In this document: positions 50,500 to 64,000 of the stretch, one piece after another
Position numbering within the stretch: position 1 is the first letter of the stretch
Layout: the number at the start of each line of letters is the position of its first letter
NCBI RefSeq assembly: GCF_006345805.1
Contig: NC_043017.1
Location: 15,624,001 to 15,688,000 of the forward strand
DNA length: 64,000 nt
Source of the DNA: Octopus sinensis
Lineage: Eukaryota
Direction of reading: 5' to 3'
Translations under genes and position numbers: made by a program
The notes under the pieces: generated by a model
Database searches by the model: none
What the model was told of the DNA's origin: nothing
The model's input: the letters and a program-made list of their open reading frames with translations, nothing else

Positions 50500-50895
50500 T
50501 ACAACTGCAGAAACGTTAGCACGCCGGGCGAAATGTGTAGCCGCATTTCGTCTGCCGTTACGTTCTGATTTCAAATTCCGCCGAGGTCGACTTTGCATTT
50601 CATCCTTTCGGGGTCGATTAAATAAGTACCAGTTACGCACTGGGATCGATATAATCGACTTAATCCGTTTGTCTGTCCTTGTTTGTCCCCTCTATGTTTA
50701 GCCCCTTGTGGGTAATAAAGAAACAGGTATTTTGTCTGTCTTTACGTTCTGAATTCAAATTCCACCGAGGTCGACTTTGCCTTTCATCCTTTCGGGGTCG
50801 ATAAATTAAGTACCAGTCGCGTACTGGGGCTGATCTAATCGACTAGCCCCTTCCTCCAAAATTTCGGGCCCTGTGCCTAGAGTAGAAAAGAAAAG
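50500..50895 (+). mobile_element. Two tandem SINE B copies; the first has a long tail ending TAGCCCCTTGTGGGTAATAAAGAAA
   Basis: Cores at ~50585 and ~50770. Confidence 0.9.
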
Positions 50896-51084
50896 AAATG
50901 ACTGACTTTAGTGTTTTGTTTCACTTGTCTTATTTTTTGCTTAAGAAATTGAATAACAGGTTGTTTGCCTTCTACATACCTGTAATGCCACCCGATATGA
51001 ATTGTATGACACGTTATGTCAGTCAATAACTGATTAAACATTTTATTTTTTGTGTTTTATTTCATTTCTTTTTTGATCTTTTTT

Positions 51085-51304
51085 TTACTTGTTTCAGTCA
51101 TCAGACTATGGCCATGCTGGGGCACCGCCTTGAAGAATTTTTAATTGAGTGAGTCGACCCCAGTACTTTTTGTTTTTTAAAGCCTGGTACTTATTCTATC
51201 GGTCTCTTTTACCGAACCGATAAGTTACAGAAACGTAAACGCACCAGCACCGGTTGTCAAGTGGCGATGGAAAGAACAAACACAGACACCAAGACACACA
51301 CACA

Positions 51305-51347
<43 letters not shown>

Positions 51348-51482
51348 GACAGGCTTCTTTTAGTTTCTGTCTACCAAATCCAATCACAAGGATTTGGTTG
51401 ATCCGAAGCTATAGTAGAAAGCACCTGCTCAAGGTGCCACGAACCGTGTGGTTGGGAAGCAAGTTTCTTACCACACAGCCAC
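51085..51482 (-). mobile_element. SINE family A, full length
   Basis: Colinear with 38585-38979. Confidence 0.88.
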
Positions 51483-51522
51483 GTTTGTAGTATTTAAATA
51501 GAATATCACTTTTTTTTTCTTT

Positions 51523-51830
51523 CTGGACACCGAGCGGTACACGTATCGGCCTTGCCCTGAGCCTCGAACTCTACGTGTAGGAGCTACACAAATATCCCTG
51601 TGGAGCGAATAGCGATGAGTCCCGACTGTTCTGGCTCTCTTGTCAGCGTGCAGCACCTCTTCTTCACCATGACGCAGTAAACGGTCTTATTAAAACGATC
51701 GGCGACATGGTTCATTTCTCTGTTGCAACTGGACTCTGTTGGCATCGACAGTGGTGCCGGTAGACTTCAATATGGAATGACCCACTTTCCATTCGAAGAT
51801 GAGAGCAAGTCACCCATCTAAGACACCATT
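51523..51830 (+). mobile_element. CRE-clade-like non-LTR fragment (zinc knuckle and start of REL endonuclease)
   Basis: RIGLALSLEL..HKYPCGANSD..LSCQRAA..HDAVNGLIK..GL..GMTHFPF resembles the RIGVALRLG/HGLSC/RHDALNDIIK/PDGMT pattern of CRE elements. Confidence 0.65.
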
Positions 51831-52491
51831 TATTGCGAAAGGTGAACTGGCAGAATCGTTACAAATTTTTGTTATTCAGTATAAATCTACCCTGGACTGC
51901 ATTATGCAACGTACTCCTATTTTTAAGACAAGATGTGATTTGAAGGAGACTTTAACTGCTATTTCTAGCGGTTTCAGAAACTTCATACACATTTTCTCGT
52001 TCACTCAGTTTGTGGAAAGTCGTTGTTGTTGTTTAGCCCCCGGCCAAAAGTGACTGAGTCGCCCTATAATCAAAGACGTTCCAACTGTGACTATCCCATT
52101 TTTTCAAGCAGTGTGATTTTATGATTACATTAAATAACGTAGCCTCTCCATCCTTTTTCTTAAGACTGCAAGAATCGATTTGAAGGAAATTTGACTGTTA
52201 TTTCTGGCCGATGGAACGAACACGTAAAAGCTCCCTCATTGGTTCAATTATTCTGGAAGTCTTCGTAGTTGGATAGAATAGTTCCAGCAGATAACTGGAA
52301 AATTACGTATGCGGTGGCCATCACCGACCTACTTCAATGAAAAAAAGCAAGTGCGAGGCTGGAATACATAAGATGTGAAGTAGTCAGCCATTGAGGAAAC
52401 AGCAGACGACCGTTAGCGGCCATTGTTGAAGCGAGATTGTTTGTTGAATAGAGAGTGTTGAAGAGAGATTGTTTTTGTTTTTTTCTTATAG

Positions 52492-52537
52492 CAAACTGGA
52501 GGATGGCGATGATGGAGATGAAGAAGGCGAGGGTTAA
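52492..52537 (+). CDS. Weak candidate terminal exon with acidic tail (KLEDGDDGDEEGEG*)
   Basis: Very strong acceptor ttgtttttgtttttttcttatAG. Could instead be a degenerate GAT/GGA triplet repeat. Confidence 0.27.
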
Positions 52538-53459
52538 AGATTTAAGTAATACTGTGTGTGTATGTGTGGTGGAGAGGGTTCGATTCTGAGAAAAATACAG
52601 AGAAGAGAGAGAGAAAGTGAAAAAAAGCGTGTGTGTTTGCACTCGTGTGCGTATGTGTTGCGTGTATGTGTGCGTGCGTGTATGTGTGTGTGTTCGAACA
52701 TCTGAAAGAAATAGAAAGGAAAACAAACAGAGAGGGAAAGAGAGAGGGTCAGAGAGAGGGGGGAGAAAAAATAATGTGGGGGTAAGTGACATAGTGTGTG
52801 TGCGTATTTGTCCTGTCTATTGCGTGTGCATGTGTATGTTCTGTTGCATGCATTTATGTATGTGCATGTTTGCATTTCTGCATGTGTATAAGTGTGCGTG
52901 TGGTTATGTTTGTGTGTGTGTGTGTGTATGTGTGTGAGAGAGAGAGAGAGAGAGAGAAAGAAAGAAAGAGAGAGATGAAGAGAGAGAAAGAGAGAGAGGA
53001 AGGGAGAAAGAGAGAGGGAGAGTAACAACATACTGGCCGAATGGTTAAGAAGTTCGCTTGGAGACTATGAAGTCGAGGGTTCGATCGCACTGCGTGGAAT
53101 CTTGAGCAAATGTCATTGACTATGACTTTAGATTGACCTACCTAAATCTTGCGAGTGTGACTGGGGAGGCGGAGACTGTACTGAAACCTGCCAAACGTTC
53201 GATCTTGTCACTCATTCATTCTAATTTGATTCTAGGCGAGGAGATATGGTTAAAGATACAATTCTCTGCAGGATACTCAGCCACACGCACAAGGATTATA
53301 AATACACACACACACACACACACACACAGAGGCACACACACACACAGGCACACACATACACACAAGCACACACACACAGGCACACACACACATACGCGCG
53401 CACACTCACACATGTGTATGTGTGAGTGTGTGTGTGTAAATTTTTATAAGGAAAAAGTT

Positions 53460-53910
53460 GACAGGTGTAGCTGTGTAGTAAGAAGTTTGCCTCCTAACCA
53501 CATGGTACCGGTTTCAACCCCACAGCATTGCACCTTAGGCGAGTGTGTGTGTCTGTATGTGTATGTGTCTATGTATGTATGTATGTATGTATGTATGTAT
53601 GTATGTATGTATGTATGTATGTATGTATGCAAGTATGAATGTATGTATGTATGAATGTATGTGTACATGCGTGCGTGCGTGCGTGCGTGTGTGTGTCTAT
53701 GTCTGTCGCCCAACACCGCTTGACAAGCGGTGTTGGCGTGCTTACGTACCCGTAACTTAGCGGTTCAGCAAAACAGAAACCGATAGACTAAGTAGCAGGC
53801 TTAAAAACATAAATTCTGGGGTTGATTCATTCGACAAAACGTTCTTCATGGCGGTCTCTTTGCCCCAGTATGGCCGCAGTCTAATCGATGAAACAAGTAA
53901 AAGATAAAAT
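53460..53910 (+). mobile_element. SINE family A with expanded internal (TATG)n
   Basis: Head at ~53460 and tail at ~53700-53910. Confidence 0.8.
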
Positions 53911-53911
53911 G

Positions 53912-53975
<64 letters not shown>

Positions 53976-54029
53976 CTGTCTTTTATGTATGCGTGTCTAA
54001 TAAAATATTATTTGTTAGTGTAGAGAGGG

Positions 54030-54515
54030 TTACTCCTTTGGCCGGGAGGGGTAGGCAATTTTTATTAGTCTGGTGGCTGTAGCGAAAGTGGTAGTGTGGT
54101 GGGCTCGCTTGAAAGGGCTAAAGATAGACACTTCACTCTTTGGCCAAGCCCTCGTAAACTTTTTGAAGTTCCACTTGAAAAGGAAAGGAAAGAGGGAAGT
54201 ATTGCCTTGTAGCAAATTTGTTGAAAGGTGGGTGAATGTCGGGGAAAATGGCCAGTGTGAAAGGACCCATCTTAAGCATGCGCTTGTGAAAAATAAAAGA
54301 AGGGCTCTTGCCCTGTTGGTCGGGCACCCGTGACTTTTGTGGGTTTTTCCACGAATAGCCTTAAAGCGCCCCCCCCCCACATACACACCTATTAGGAGTT
54401 TCGTTTGTTTATTTGTAATTGTTATTTTTACCCGTTTTAAAAACCCGTTTTGAATCGTCCTGTTATGTCCTTCTATGTTGTTCTATATAAGCCCTTGTGG
54501 CCAATAAAGGAATTA
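54030..54515 (+). mobile_element. Tx1/L1-like LINE 3' end
   Basis: AVAKVVVWWARLKGL..KFHLKRK..RWVN parallels the 35082-35288 translation. Ends AGCCCTTGTGGCCAATAAAG. Confidence 0.8.
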
Positions 54516-54519
54516 ATGT

Positions 54520-54735
54520 AGGGCGGTCAGCCGGCAGAATCGTTTGCACGCCGGTCAGAGTGTTTGGCAGCATTTCGTCTGTCTTTACGTTCTGAGTTCA
54601 AATTCAGCCGAGGTCGACTTCGCCTTTCATCCTTACAGAGTGGATAAAATAAGTTCTATTGAACACTGGGGGCTGATGTAATCGACTTGACCCCTCACTC
54701 GAACTTGCAGACCCTGCGCCAAAATTTGACACCAA
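54520..54735 (+). mobile_element. SINE family B
   Basis: Complete head and core. Confidence 0.85.
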
Positions 54736-54769
54736 TAATATTTGTTAGTCTTACGAGTTTTTATATATA

Positions 54770-55075
54770 AAAGGTAAAGACCCCCCCCTCTCGAGCATGA
54801 CTGGCCATGGGATTGCATCTAGAAAGTTCCCCCCTTCCGAGTTACAAGTCCGGGAAGACCAGCAGTCGCCCGTCCATAACAGCCTCCCCTCTCCACGCCA
54901 CCGATGTTATCCAAGGGAAAGGCAAAGGGGCCAATGTAGCTGGGCACCAGTGACGTCACAACTCATTTCTACAGCTGAGTAAACTGGAACAATATGAAAT
55001 AAAGTGTCTTGCTCAAAAACTCAACATTCAGCCCAGTCCAGGAATTGAACTTACTACTTCATGATTGTGATCCCT
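54770..55075 (-). mobile_element. SINE-like family D element with a distinct GC-rich 3' tail
   Basis: Shares the AGCTGAGTAAACTGG..AAAGTGTCTTGCTCAA block with 9940-10080 and ~43810-43930. Confidence 0.6.
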
Positions 55076-55100
55076 ATGCTGAGCCATATATAAGTATGTA

Positions 55101-55139
<39 letters not shown>

Positions 55140-55145
<6 letters not shown>

Positions 55146-55410
55146 TGTGTGCTTGACAACCGGTGTTGGCGTGTTTACCTACTTGAAACTTTACAGTTCG
55201 GCAAAGGAAACCGATAGAATAAGTACCAGGCTTAAATAAATAAATAAATAAATAAGGCGTGCTCCAGTATAGCCGCAGTCAAATAACTGAAACAAGTAAA
55301 AGAAAAGAATAAAATTCAATAAATAAACTACGACACGACTGAAATTCTTCAAGGCGGTGCCCCAGCTTGGCCGTAGTCTAATGACTGAAACAAGTAAAAG
55401 ATAAAAGACA
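55140..55410 (+). mobile_element. Tandem SINE A 3' halves
   Basis: Two GCCGCAGTC..ACTGAAACAAGTAAAAG tails. Confidence 0.75.
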
Positions 55411-55574
55411 AAGTGAAGAACTCTACAAAAATGTGGCGAGTTAAGTTAAATGTTGAGAGAGAAAACAAACACACAGACAGAGACGCGCGTCGACTGCACG
55501 CTTTAAGAGAGATATCACCAGAGGGAGAGAGGGGGAGAGAGAGAGATTGAGTTAGAAGGGGAGATAGGGAAAGA

Positions 55575-56220
55575 GAGAGTAAGGGAGTGAGTGAGTGAGT
55601 GAGTGAGTGTGTGAGTGAGTGAGTGAGTGAGTGTGTGAGTGTGTGAGTGAGTGAGTGTGTGAGTGAGTGGGTGGGTGAGTGAGTGAGTGGTGAGTGAGTG
55701 TGTGAGTGAGTGTGTGAGTGAGTGATGTGAGTGAGTGAGTGAGGAGTGAGTGAGTGTGTGAGTGAGTGAGTGAGTGAGTGAATGAGTGTGTGAGTGTGTG
55801 AGTGAGTGGGTGGGTGAGTGAGTGAGTGAGTGAGTGAGTGAGTGAGTGAGTGAGTGAGTGAGTGAGTGAGTGTGTGAGTGAGTGTGTGAGTGAGTGAGTG
55901 AGTGAGTGAGTGAGTGAGTGAGTGTGTGAGTGAGTGAGTGAGTGAGTGAGTGAATAAGTGAGTGAGTGAGTGAGTGAGTGAGTGAGTGAATGAGTGTGTG
56001 AGTGTGTGAGTGAGTGAATGAGTGTGTGAGTGAATGAGTGAGTGTGTGAGTGAATGAGTGAGTGTGTGAGTGAGTGAATGAGTGAGTGAGTAATGAGTGA
56101 GTGAGTGAGTGTGTGAGTGAGTGAATGAGTGAGTGAGTGAATGAGTGAGCAAATGAGTGAGTGAATGAGTGAGTGAGTGAGTGAGTGAGTGAGTGAATGA
56201 ATGAGTGAGTGAGTGAGTGC
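55575..56220. repeat. ~650 bp (GAGT)n tetranucleotide repeat
   Basis: Direct reading. Confidence 0.95.
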
Positions 56221-57289
56221 TGTGACATCCAGTGGGGCCTTAATATTTAGATGGGAGATTTTCATCTCGTAGCAAGATAAAGTCTTTTTTTATTTTTTCT
56301 CTTCGCTCGTTTTTGGAACTTGTAGAGGTGGGGGTGGGGGGTTGCTTGCAGACTTTGTTTCTCACATGTACACACCCACACTCACACACATACGAACGTA
56401 CACATACAGTTTAGTGACCGTCGGACAATCGCTTAACTGACCGAAACTTCGAAGTCACTGTCAATGATATTCTTGAGAAAGAATATTAAATTTGTACTCT
56501 ACAAAAATATAGAGTAAACCCATCAGATTAACGAACAAAATGCTTTTATTGTAACTGAACAAAAACAAATACATAAATACATCGGCAGAAATTAATGTGA
56601 CTCAAAGACGGAGAGCTTCGTCCATTGGCACTTACCAAACCAATGGAACCATAATACAACCGTAATATAATACAATATAACACAATATATAATATAATAT
56701 AAATTGTAATATATGAAACCTAATATAATGAATATATGTATACGCACACATACACACATTCACATACATACACATTCTTACATGCCCGCGCACGCACGCA
56801 CACACACACACACACACAACACACACACACACACACACCACACACACACATACACACACACATTCTGTGCTTCTTGGGAATATGATTCGATTGTCAAATA
56901 TCCCAATTTTGGAATAAATCATCTCAATTATACAACAGAGTCAATGCACTCTTGGAGAGATTTTCGTTTTATTTATAACTCGTGATAATAATTATAAATA
57001 ATAATTCGTTTTAACATAAATATGTCCCATTTTTATAGTTGTTTCTAATAATAATGATAATTTCAATTTTTGGCACAAGGCTAGCAAATAATTATAATAA
57101 TTTCATTTTGGGATTTGGTTTGCAAGATTCTTTATGGGAGTTCGTGTGTTAAAGCATAGGTTGCAAGACGCAACGAAAATTTTAGGAAAATTAAAATAAG
57201 AAATAAGTGGAAATTTTACCGGTGTGTGTGTTAAATTATAAGGCACAAAAAGAAAATGACTCTCCCCAGACACAACAGAATTATAATAA

Positions 57290-57390
57290 TGCTTTCTTAT
57301 TTTGGCAGCAGGCCAGAAATTTTAAGGGGAGGGGGTAAGTCGATTACATTGACCCCAATACTTGACTGGTACTTTATTTTAACGGTCGAT
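57290..57390 (-). mobile_element. SINE family B 3' part
   Basis: GGCCAGAAATTTTAAGGGGAGGGGGTAAGTCGATTAC..CTGGTACT. Confidence 0.7.
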
Positions 57391-57458
57391 AAAAACAGAC
57401 TGCTTGATATAAATAGAGAAAAACAGACAGACAGAGACAGACAGACAGACAGACAGAC

Positions 57459-57536
<78 letters not shown>

Positions 57537-58151
57537 GTATTACGTGTAAGAGTGTTGTGGTGTAAGTGATTGAAGGCAAAGATATTTTTAAAAAAGCAAT
57601 TTTAAAAAATAGGGTTTTTAAATAAAGTAAAAGAAACCGTAGAACGAATAATAGAAATATAAACATTGACGGAAGCTAAAACCGAAGATGATGCAAAGAT
57701 AGAAAAGAAATGTCGAAGAAATATTCTCGCTTCAATGATATGTGATTGTGTTTAGCTTGGTAAATTCGAAAATTCAGTCATTTTCCTGTCGTGAATTATC
57801 AGCAGACGATAAGATCGGCTGCTAAATATTCAACTATACAGTCACGTTTAATCCCAAAACTTGGTTAAACAGATAGATCTTGAAGCTTTTCAATTTATGA
57901 ATTTCAGAAAGCATTCTTTCTCTATTAAGATATATATAGATCGTAACGTGTTCTTTATAAGTATTTTAGTTTAGACAAAGGCTAAACCGGGACAACGAAA
58001 CAATGTTTTATTTAAATTTTTTTTATTTGTTTTAGATTTGAAGTAGCCATACTGAATTGATAATTAGATTGCATTAGTGAACAGGGGAGAGAGAGGGAGA
58101 GAGAGAGAGAGAGAAGAGAGAAAGAAGAGAAAGAGAGAGAGAGAAGAGAGA

Positions 58152-58190
<39 letters not shown>

Positions 58191-58309
58191 CGTAAAAATG
58201 TGTATATACGTACATATGTGAATACTTGCATGGAGGTGTATGTATTTATGTGTACGTCTCTCTCTCCCTCTCTTTCTCTCGCTACACACACACACACACA
58301 CACACACAT

Positions 58310-58810
58310 TCTTTGCCTTTTTGTTTCAGTCAGTCAGTTGACTGCGGTCATGTTGGAGCACCGCCCTGAAAGTTATTTTAGTCGAACAAATCAACCCCCC
58401 ACCCGGGCTTCTAAGCCTTATTCTATCTATTCTTATTCTATCGCTCTTTTGCGAAACTGCTAAGTTATAGAGACATAAATACACCAACACCGGTTGTCAA
58501 GCAGTGATGCGTTTACGAACACACACAGAGACACACACCTATAGATACGTACATACACACATACATACATACATACATACACACATACATACACATACAT
58601 ACATACATAAATACATATTCACACACACACACAAACACGCGCGCGCGCGCATATAGGATGGCTTCTTTCAGTTTCCGCCTACCAAATCCACTCACAAGGC
58701 TTTCATCGGCCCAAGGCTATAGTAGAAGACACTTGCCCAAGGTGCCTCGCAGTAGGACTGAACCAGGAACCATGTGGTTGGGACGCAAGCTCCTTACCAC
58801 ACAGCCACGC
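58310..58810 (-). mobile_element. SINE family A, full length with expanded microsatellite
   Basis: Colinear with the other full copies. Confidence 0.88.
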
Positions 58811-58940
58811 CTGAGCTCGTGCGTGTGTGTGTGTGTATGTGTGTGTGTGTCTATTACTACTATAACTATTTACACCACAATTACTCCCATCCATACAACC
58901 ACCACCACCACCACCACCACCACCACCATCAAACCCCTCG

Positions 58941-58979
<39 letters not shown>

Positions 58980-59312
58980 TTAATGGTCTTTACAAGTATT
59001 CAGATCAAGTCTATGCCTGGACTCTGAAAAGAGTCCCTGGTGCTGTCCTTTACCTCGTAATTTGAGTCGTTTAAAATGTAAGTCGACTCTTGTGGGACTT
59101 GAACTACGTAAACATAATACACATATGTATAAAAGAAACTGATGTATATATATATATATATATTTACGGAGATGTACTCGCATAGCAAGTAATTTGATCT
59201 GAGATCGTGTGCTGAAACGAAAACAATTGCAGCGTGGAAGGTGTTTATAAGCCATTTAAGAACACACAAAAGCCGTTCGATTCACTCCAACATTTAAGTT
59301 TAATTTGTCAAA

Positions 59313-59449
<137 letters not shown>

Positions 59450-59739
59450 ATATGTATGTATGTGTGTATGGTACAGGACATCACCAACAGTTAACAACAT
59501 GAAATACGAAAACAAATGACTTCAATACGCAAATAACGAGAGAAAAAAGGACAAGTAATACAAAGAATGACCCTTCAGCAGTTTTGTCGGCTGTCTATCT
59601 ACTCCCCATTTTGGGCAATCAACGACAATATGAGATGAGTCTTCGAAGACAGTTGCTCCCATAAATACCAAAATAAAATTTTGGATTTATGGAGGCTCAA
59701 AGTTAGGAACATGTCTCCTTTGAACGGTTTAAGTTGCTT

Positions 59740-60060
59740 TGGTGATATTTCCCCCCCCCCCAAATAATTGAACTACTGAGAAGGCTTATAAGTAGCACGG
59801 CAGTCTATGCTTCCGATTACCCTTGGAACAGAAAAAAACAAATTGAAGGCTGGTTATTGCAATTTAACGATCCCGTGTAAACCACCATTTCCCCGGTTTG
59901 TCCATTTACGCGCGAGCTCTAAGTAAAATGTTATAGAGCATAGCCATTCTTGGGACATACGTAATGTGTGTGTAAAGTTTGGTGAAAATCGGTTGAGTAT
60001 TGAGGAAATGTATACGTTAGTCAACACACACACACATACTGTGATTTATATACACTAGAT
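59740..60060 (+). mobile_element. DINE/HINE-like (Helentron-associated) non-autonomous element, 3' part
   Basis: TAAAGTTTGGTGAAAATCGGTTGAG, then (CA)n, then TTTATATACACTAGAT, which is the usual HINE 3' layout. Confidence 0.5.
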
Positions 60061-60088
60061 ATACACACACGCACACACACATACACAG

Positions 60089-60720
60089 TCAGTTTTTCCT
60101 TTGTCGTGAATTGAAAGAAAAAACGACAGGAGATGTCTTTAACCTGGTCCACCAGAATGTCGTATTGAAAATGAGCAGTGGCAAGCTTGTATTAGCGTTT
60201 GCATTGATGGCACTCAATCCATGTAAGGTCGAAAAAATAAAGGCTTCGTAGCTCATGTATTACAACAAAATTCACAAGTTAAAACTGTACATTGCATGAT
60301 TCTCTGCAAAGTTTTGGTGTCAAAATCTCTACCTGATGGTCTCCTGCAGACGATGGACAACGTTGTTAAAATGGTGATTTACATAAAGTCCCATTCCCTG
60401 TGGTGTAGACTTTTTTGCATTCCTATGTGAAACTATGGATTCTGATTTTAAGGGTTTACTGCTTCATGCAGAAGTGCGATGGCTCTCAAAAGAAAAAGGG
60501 CTTTCTCGATTTATCTCTTTGCCAACTGAAATAACTAGGTATCTCTGCGCTCATAGAAATGAAATTTTTAAAAAACGGGAACTATCACAGATGGTAGGTG
60601 AGGAGTTACGTGTTTGTTTAATTTAGAGGCGCGTTTTTGACAAAATTCTTTCTGAAAACCAATTGCATCATTCTCACTAAAACCATTATTATTGTATTAT
60701 ATTACCTATATATGTGTGTG

Positions 60721-60756
<36 letters not shown>

Positions 60757-60938
60757 TGTGTGTGAGTGTGTGTGTTCATAAGACAGTGTTTTTTTATTGT
60801 TACTATAATATGAATTTATTTATTATTATTCATACTAATAAAGTCTATTCAGTTTTGTTGGGATTTTTATTTGGTGTACCGCAAAATAAATTCTCCTCGC
60901 CCAGTGTATCGTAAAGGAAAAAAGTTTGGAAGACACTG
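60089..60938 (+). mobile_element. hAT (Charlie/Buster-like) transposon remnant
   Basis: CISVCIDG..GFVAHV..VHCMI..VVKMV.YIK..RLF..LCETMDSDFKGLLLHAEVRWLSK. The right terminus is AAAGTTTGGAAGACACTG. Confidence 0.88.
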
Positions 60939-61304
60939 ATCTAGACGAAGTAAATATACACTTCGCTTATGAGGCTCAGCAAAACCGGAACATACCTATT
61001 GCTGTTTGATTTCAAAGACTAAATCCTTTCTAAATTAAATCGGAGATTTTCCCCAAAACTTTTACTCGTCCGATCTTAACTGAGTTATCTATCTTGCTTT
61101 TTCTTTCTTTCTTTTTTATTTCAACTACGAATTGTCGGTTTCTGTTCTATAATTACAAGCATAACTTCTATCAATCGAGGTTTTTAGTTCATGTAGCATG
61201 ACGGAGATGAAACTTTGAAAAAAAGTAATAATTATTAAAGCAGTTAACATGGAAATGGAAAATCAAAAACATATTTTTGATTTAAAAATTCAGAAATAAA
61301 AAAT

Positions 61305-61530
61305 ATGTAGTTACTTCCCAACTGCACGGTTCCTGGTTCGAGCCCACTTTGGGTAAATGTCTTCTACAATAGCCTTGGGCCGACCAAAACCTTGTGAGTG
61401 TGTCTCGTGTGTGTGTGTGTGTGTGCGTTCGTGTCTTTATGGCTGTGTCTTTATCTCCCACCACCGCTTGACAACCGGCGTGCGTGTGTTTATGTCCCCG
61501 TAACTTAATGGTTCGGCAAAAGAACCGGCC
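61305..61530 (+). mobile_element. SINE family A, truncated
   Basis: Partial head, (TG)n and partial 3' half. Confidence 0.75.
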
Positions 61531-62296
61531 ATGTTTTCCTTTTCATGGCGCTCAACACTTTGTATATATTTTAGGCAATCTTTCGGTAGAAGTCTTTGGT
61601 GTCGTGAGTGTGCAACATTGTCCTTCATCCACTCGACTGAGCTGAACAAACACACACACGTCGCACGCACACTCACTTATAACTGACGTCATATACTAAT
61701 ACCGAAAAATTGCCTATATTTTATAAATTTTTTAAAATTGCGCTCTCACACATGTACACTGCTACATAATATCAGTGTACATGTGTGTGTGTGCGCGCGA
61801 TTGTGTGTGTGCGTAGTTGTGCATGTGTGTGTGTGTATGTGTGTGCATGTGTGTGTGTGTGTGTGTGCATGTATGTATGTGTGTGTGTGTGCATGTGTGT
61901 GTATGTGTGTATGTGTGTGTGTGTTTGTACCCATGTTCATCGTGTGACAAAATAATCTGCCTAAATTCATTAGTATTGATAAATAAGTCGGCAACAAAGT
62001 TAGAGTATACACGGTCGAATCCACAGTGTTAACTAATATAATAAATGGTAATACATTAGCTACAAGAAGATATGGGTATTAACTGTCTAACTTCACTAAC
62101 GCCAAGCCAGCGGCCATCTAAAATATGGGAGGTCTTTCTGCCTCATGCTGTATTTCTGTTAAAAGTTATAAAAACGATGTCAGCCTGAAGACCGTAGACA
62201 AGTTATTGTGATTCTCCTTTTGTCGTTTTCGCTGTCAGAAATGTGAAGTGAAGCAGAGATTGATTGATTGGCAACAACGACGCTATTGTACACCAC

Positions 62297-62331
<35 letters not shown>

Positions 62332-62342
62332 GCGCGCGCGCA

Positions 62343-62382
<40 letters not shown>

Positions 62383-62409
62383 TATCTTACCACTATGTAT
62401 ATATGTATT

Positions 62410-62600
62410 TTTTTTATTCTTTTACTTGTTTCAGTCTTGACTGCGACCATGCTGGAGCACTGCCTTGTAGGGTTTCAGTCGAAGAAATCGACTGCAGGAT
62501 TGTTCCTGGTACTTATTCTATCGAGGTCTTTTGCCGAGCCGCTAAGTTACGGGGGACATAACTGCGACGAAGGGGAGAGGGGGACAAACACAGACACACA
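62410..62600 (-). mobile_element. SINE family A 3' half
   Basis: Homology to the family A tail. Confidence 0.8.
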
Positions 62601-63019
62601 CACACAACTATATACATATGTGTATGTATTATATATGTATAGTGTGTGATAAAACGGGTGATAATCCAAGCTGTGTCCTCGTGTATCTCATCTGCATGTT
62701 CACAATAATCCAGTGGTTGTCTATGGATGATGTTCTTTTTTTTGTTTGTTTGTTCAAATGTGATATCCATAGCGACGGAGTAAAATAGAAGATATACAAT
62801 ATATACACCGACAGACAGACAGACACTTACACACATACACTCACACATTCATACATTTTGTTGTCATTAATATCGGCAGAAGTTAAAGAGTGTCTGAAAG
62901 GCCGAGAGTTTCGTCTGTTGGCAGATATCAAACTGCTTTTCAATCTAAGGGATTACATTTATAAAGCCATCATAATTAAATAAACCTACCATAAGTCACT
63001 CTATAGTTTCTGCTGATTA

Positions 63020-63052
63020 TTGCACATACAAATATATATGTATGTGTGGGTG

Positions 63053-63090
<38 letters not shown>

Positions 63091-63143
63091 CATATATATA
63101 TATGTATATATATATATGTATATATACACACATATATACACAT

Positions 63144-63189
<46 letters not shown>

Positions 63190-63196
63190 ATATATA

Positions 63197-63261
<65 letters not shown>

Positions 63262-63294
63262 GTGTGTATATATATATATATATATTATATATAT

Positions 63295-63329
<35 letters not shown>

Positions 63330-63330
63330 G
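63020..63330. repeat. (TA)n-rich microsatellite; a similar tract lies at 59310-59440
   Basis: Direct reading. Confidence 0.95.
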
Positions 63331-63684
63331 CGCGCGTGCGTGTGTGTAGAACAGGTTCTTCCAGATTCCCTCACAAGGCTTTGGGTGACCCGGAGTTATA
63401 GTGAACCCGGAATTATATGCTTCGGAAGAATTCTTACCACACAGCCACGCCTATGTAAATATATATGTGTGTATGCATCTCCCTGCTTCCTTTTCCTGAG
63501 CGCCTATTAATAATAATACTGTAATTGTTCCATTGTTGTTGTTTTTTTGTTTCCCGTTTGGATTAAAATTATATATATATATATATATATATACACAAAC
63601 ACTCACACATATACATATATATATTTATACTCATGTATCGAGTTATTTTCTTGTTTATATCAACAAACTTAGACGGACGGACTA

Positions 63685-64000
<316 letters not shown>

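Noticed and set aside
59024-59041. GGACTCT-GAAA-AGAGTCC hairpin with a GNRA loop
   Set aside because: A 7-bp stem is near chance expectation in 64 kb and has no supporting context.

Overview
This is a eukaryotic, AT-rich, extremely repeat-dense window with one 100-N gap. The mix of SINEs, LINEs and microsatellites looks like a coleoid cephalopod (Octopus); that assignment is an inference from recalled repeat families, not a database result. There is no prokaryotic system, CRISPR array or intact long host ORF, and almost all long ORFs in the track are microsatellite read-throughs. Well-supported transposon content: a full-length but broken mariner with TIRs and TA duplication (7275-8564); RTE, I-group, R4/Dong-like, Tx1/L1-like and CRE-like non-LTR fragments; a Helitron-helicase remnant bounded by inverted termini (44001-45854); hAT and pogo/Tigger transposase remnants; Tc1, mariner, hAT and piggyBac-type MITEs; at least four SINE-like families; and a tRNA-Lys pseudogene. 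Host-gene signal is weaker. A CpG-rich island at about 15.7-16.1 kb carries an NRF1-type palindrome and two oppositely oriented candidate first exons. Sequence left of about 14.4 kb is visibly CpG-depleted, consistent with the methylated body of a minus-strand gene. An isolated, well-bounded exon at 30273-30413 has MACPF/astrotactin-like motif spacing. Exon calls are by eye and unvalidated; coordinates of degenerate repeats are approximate.
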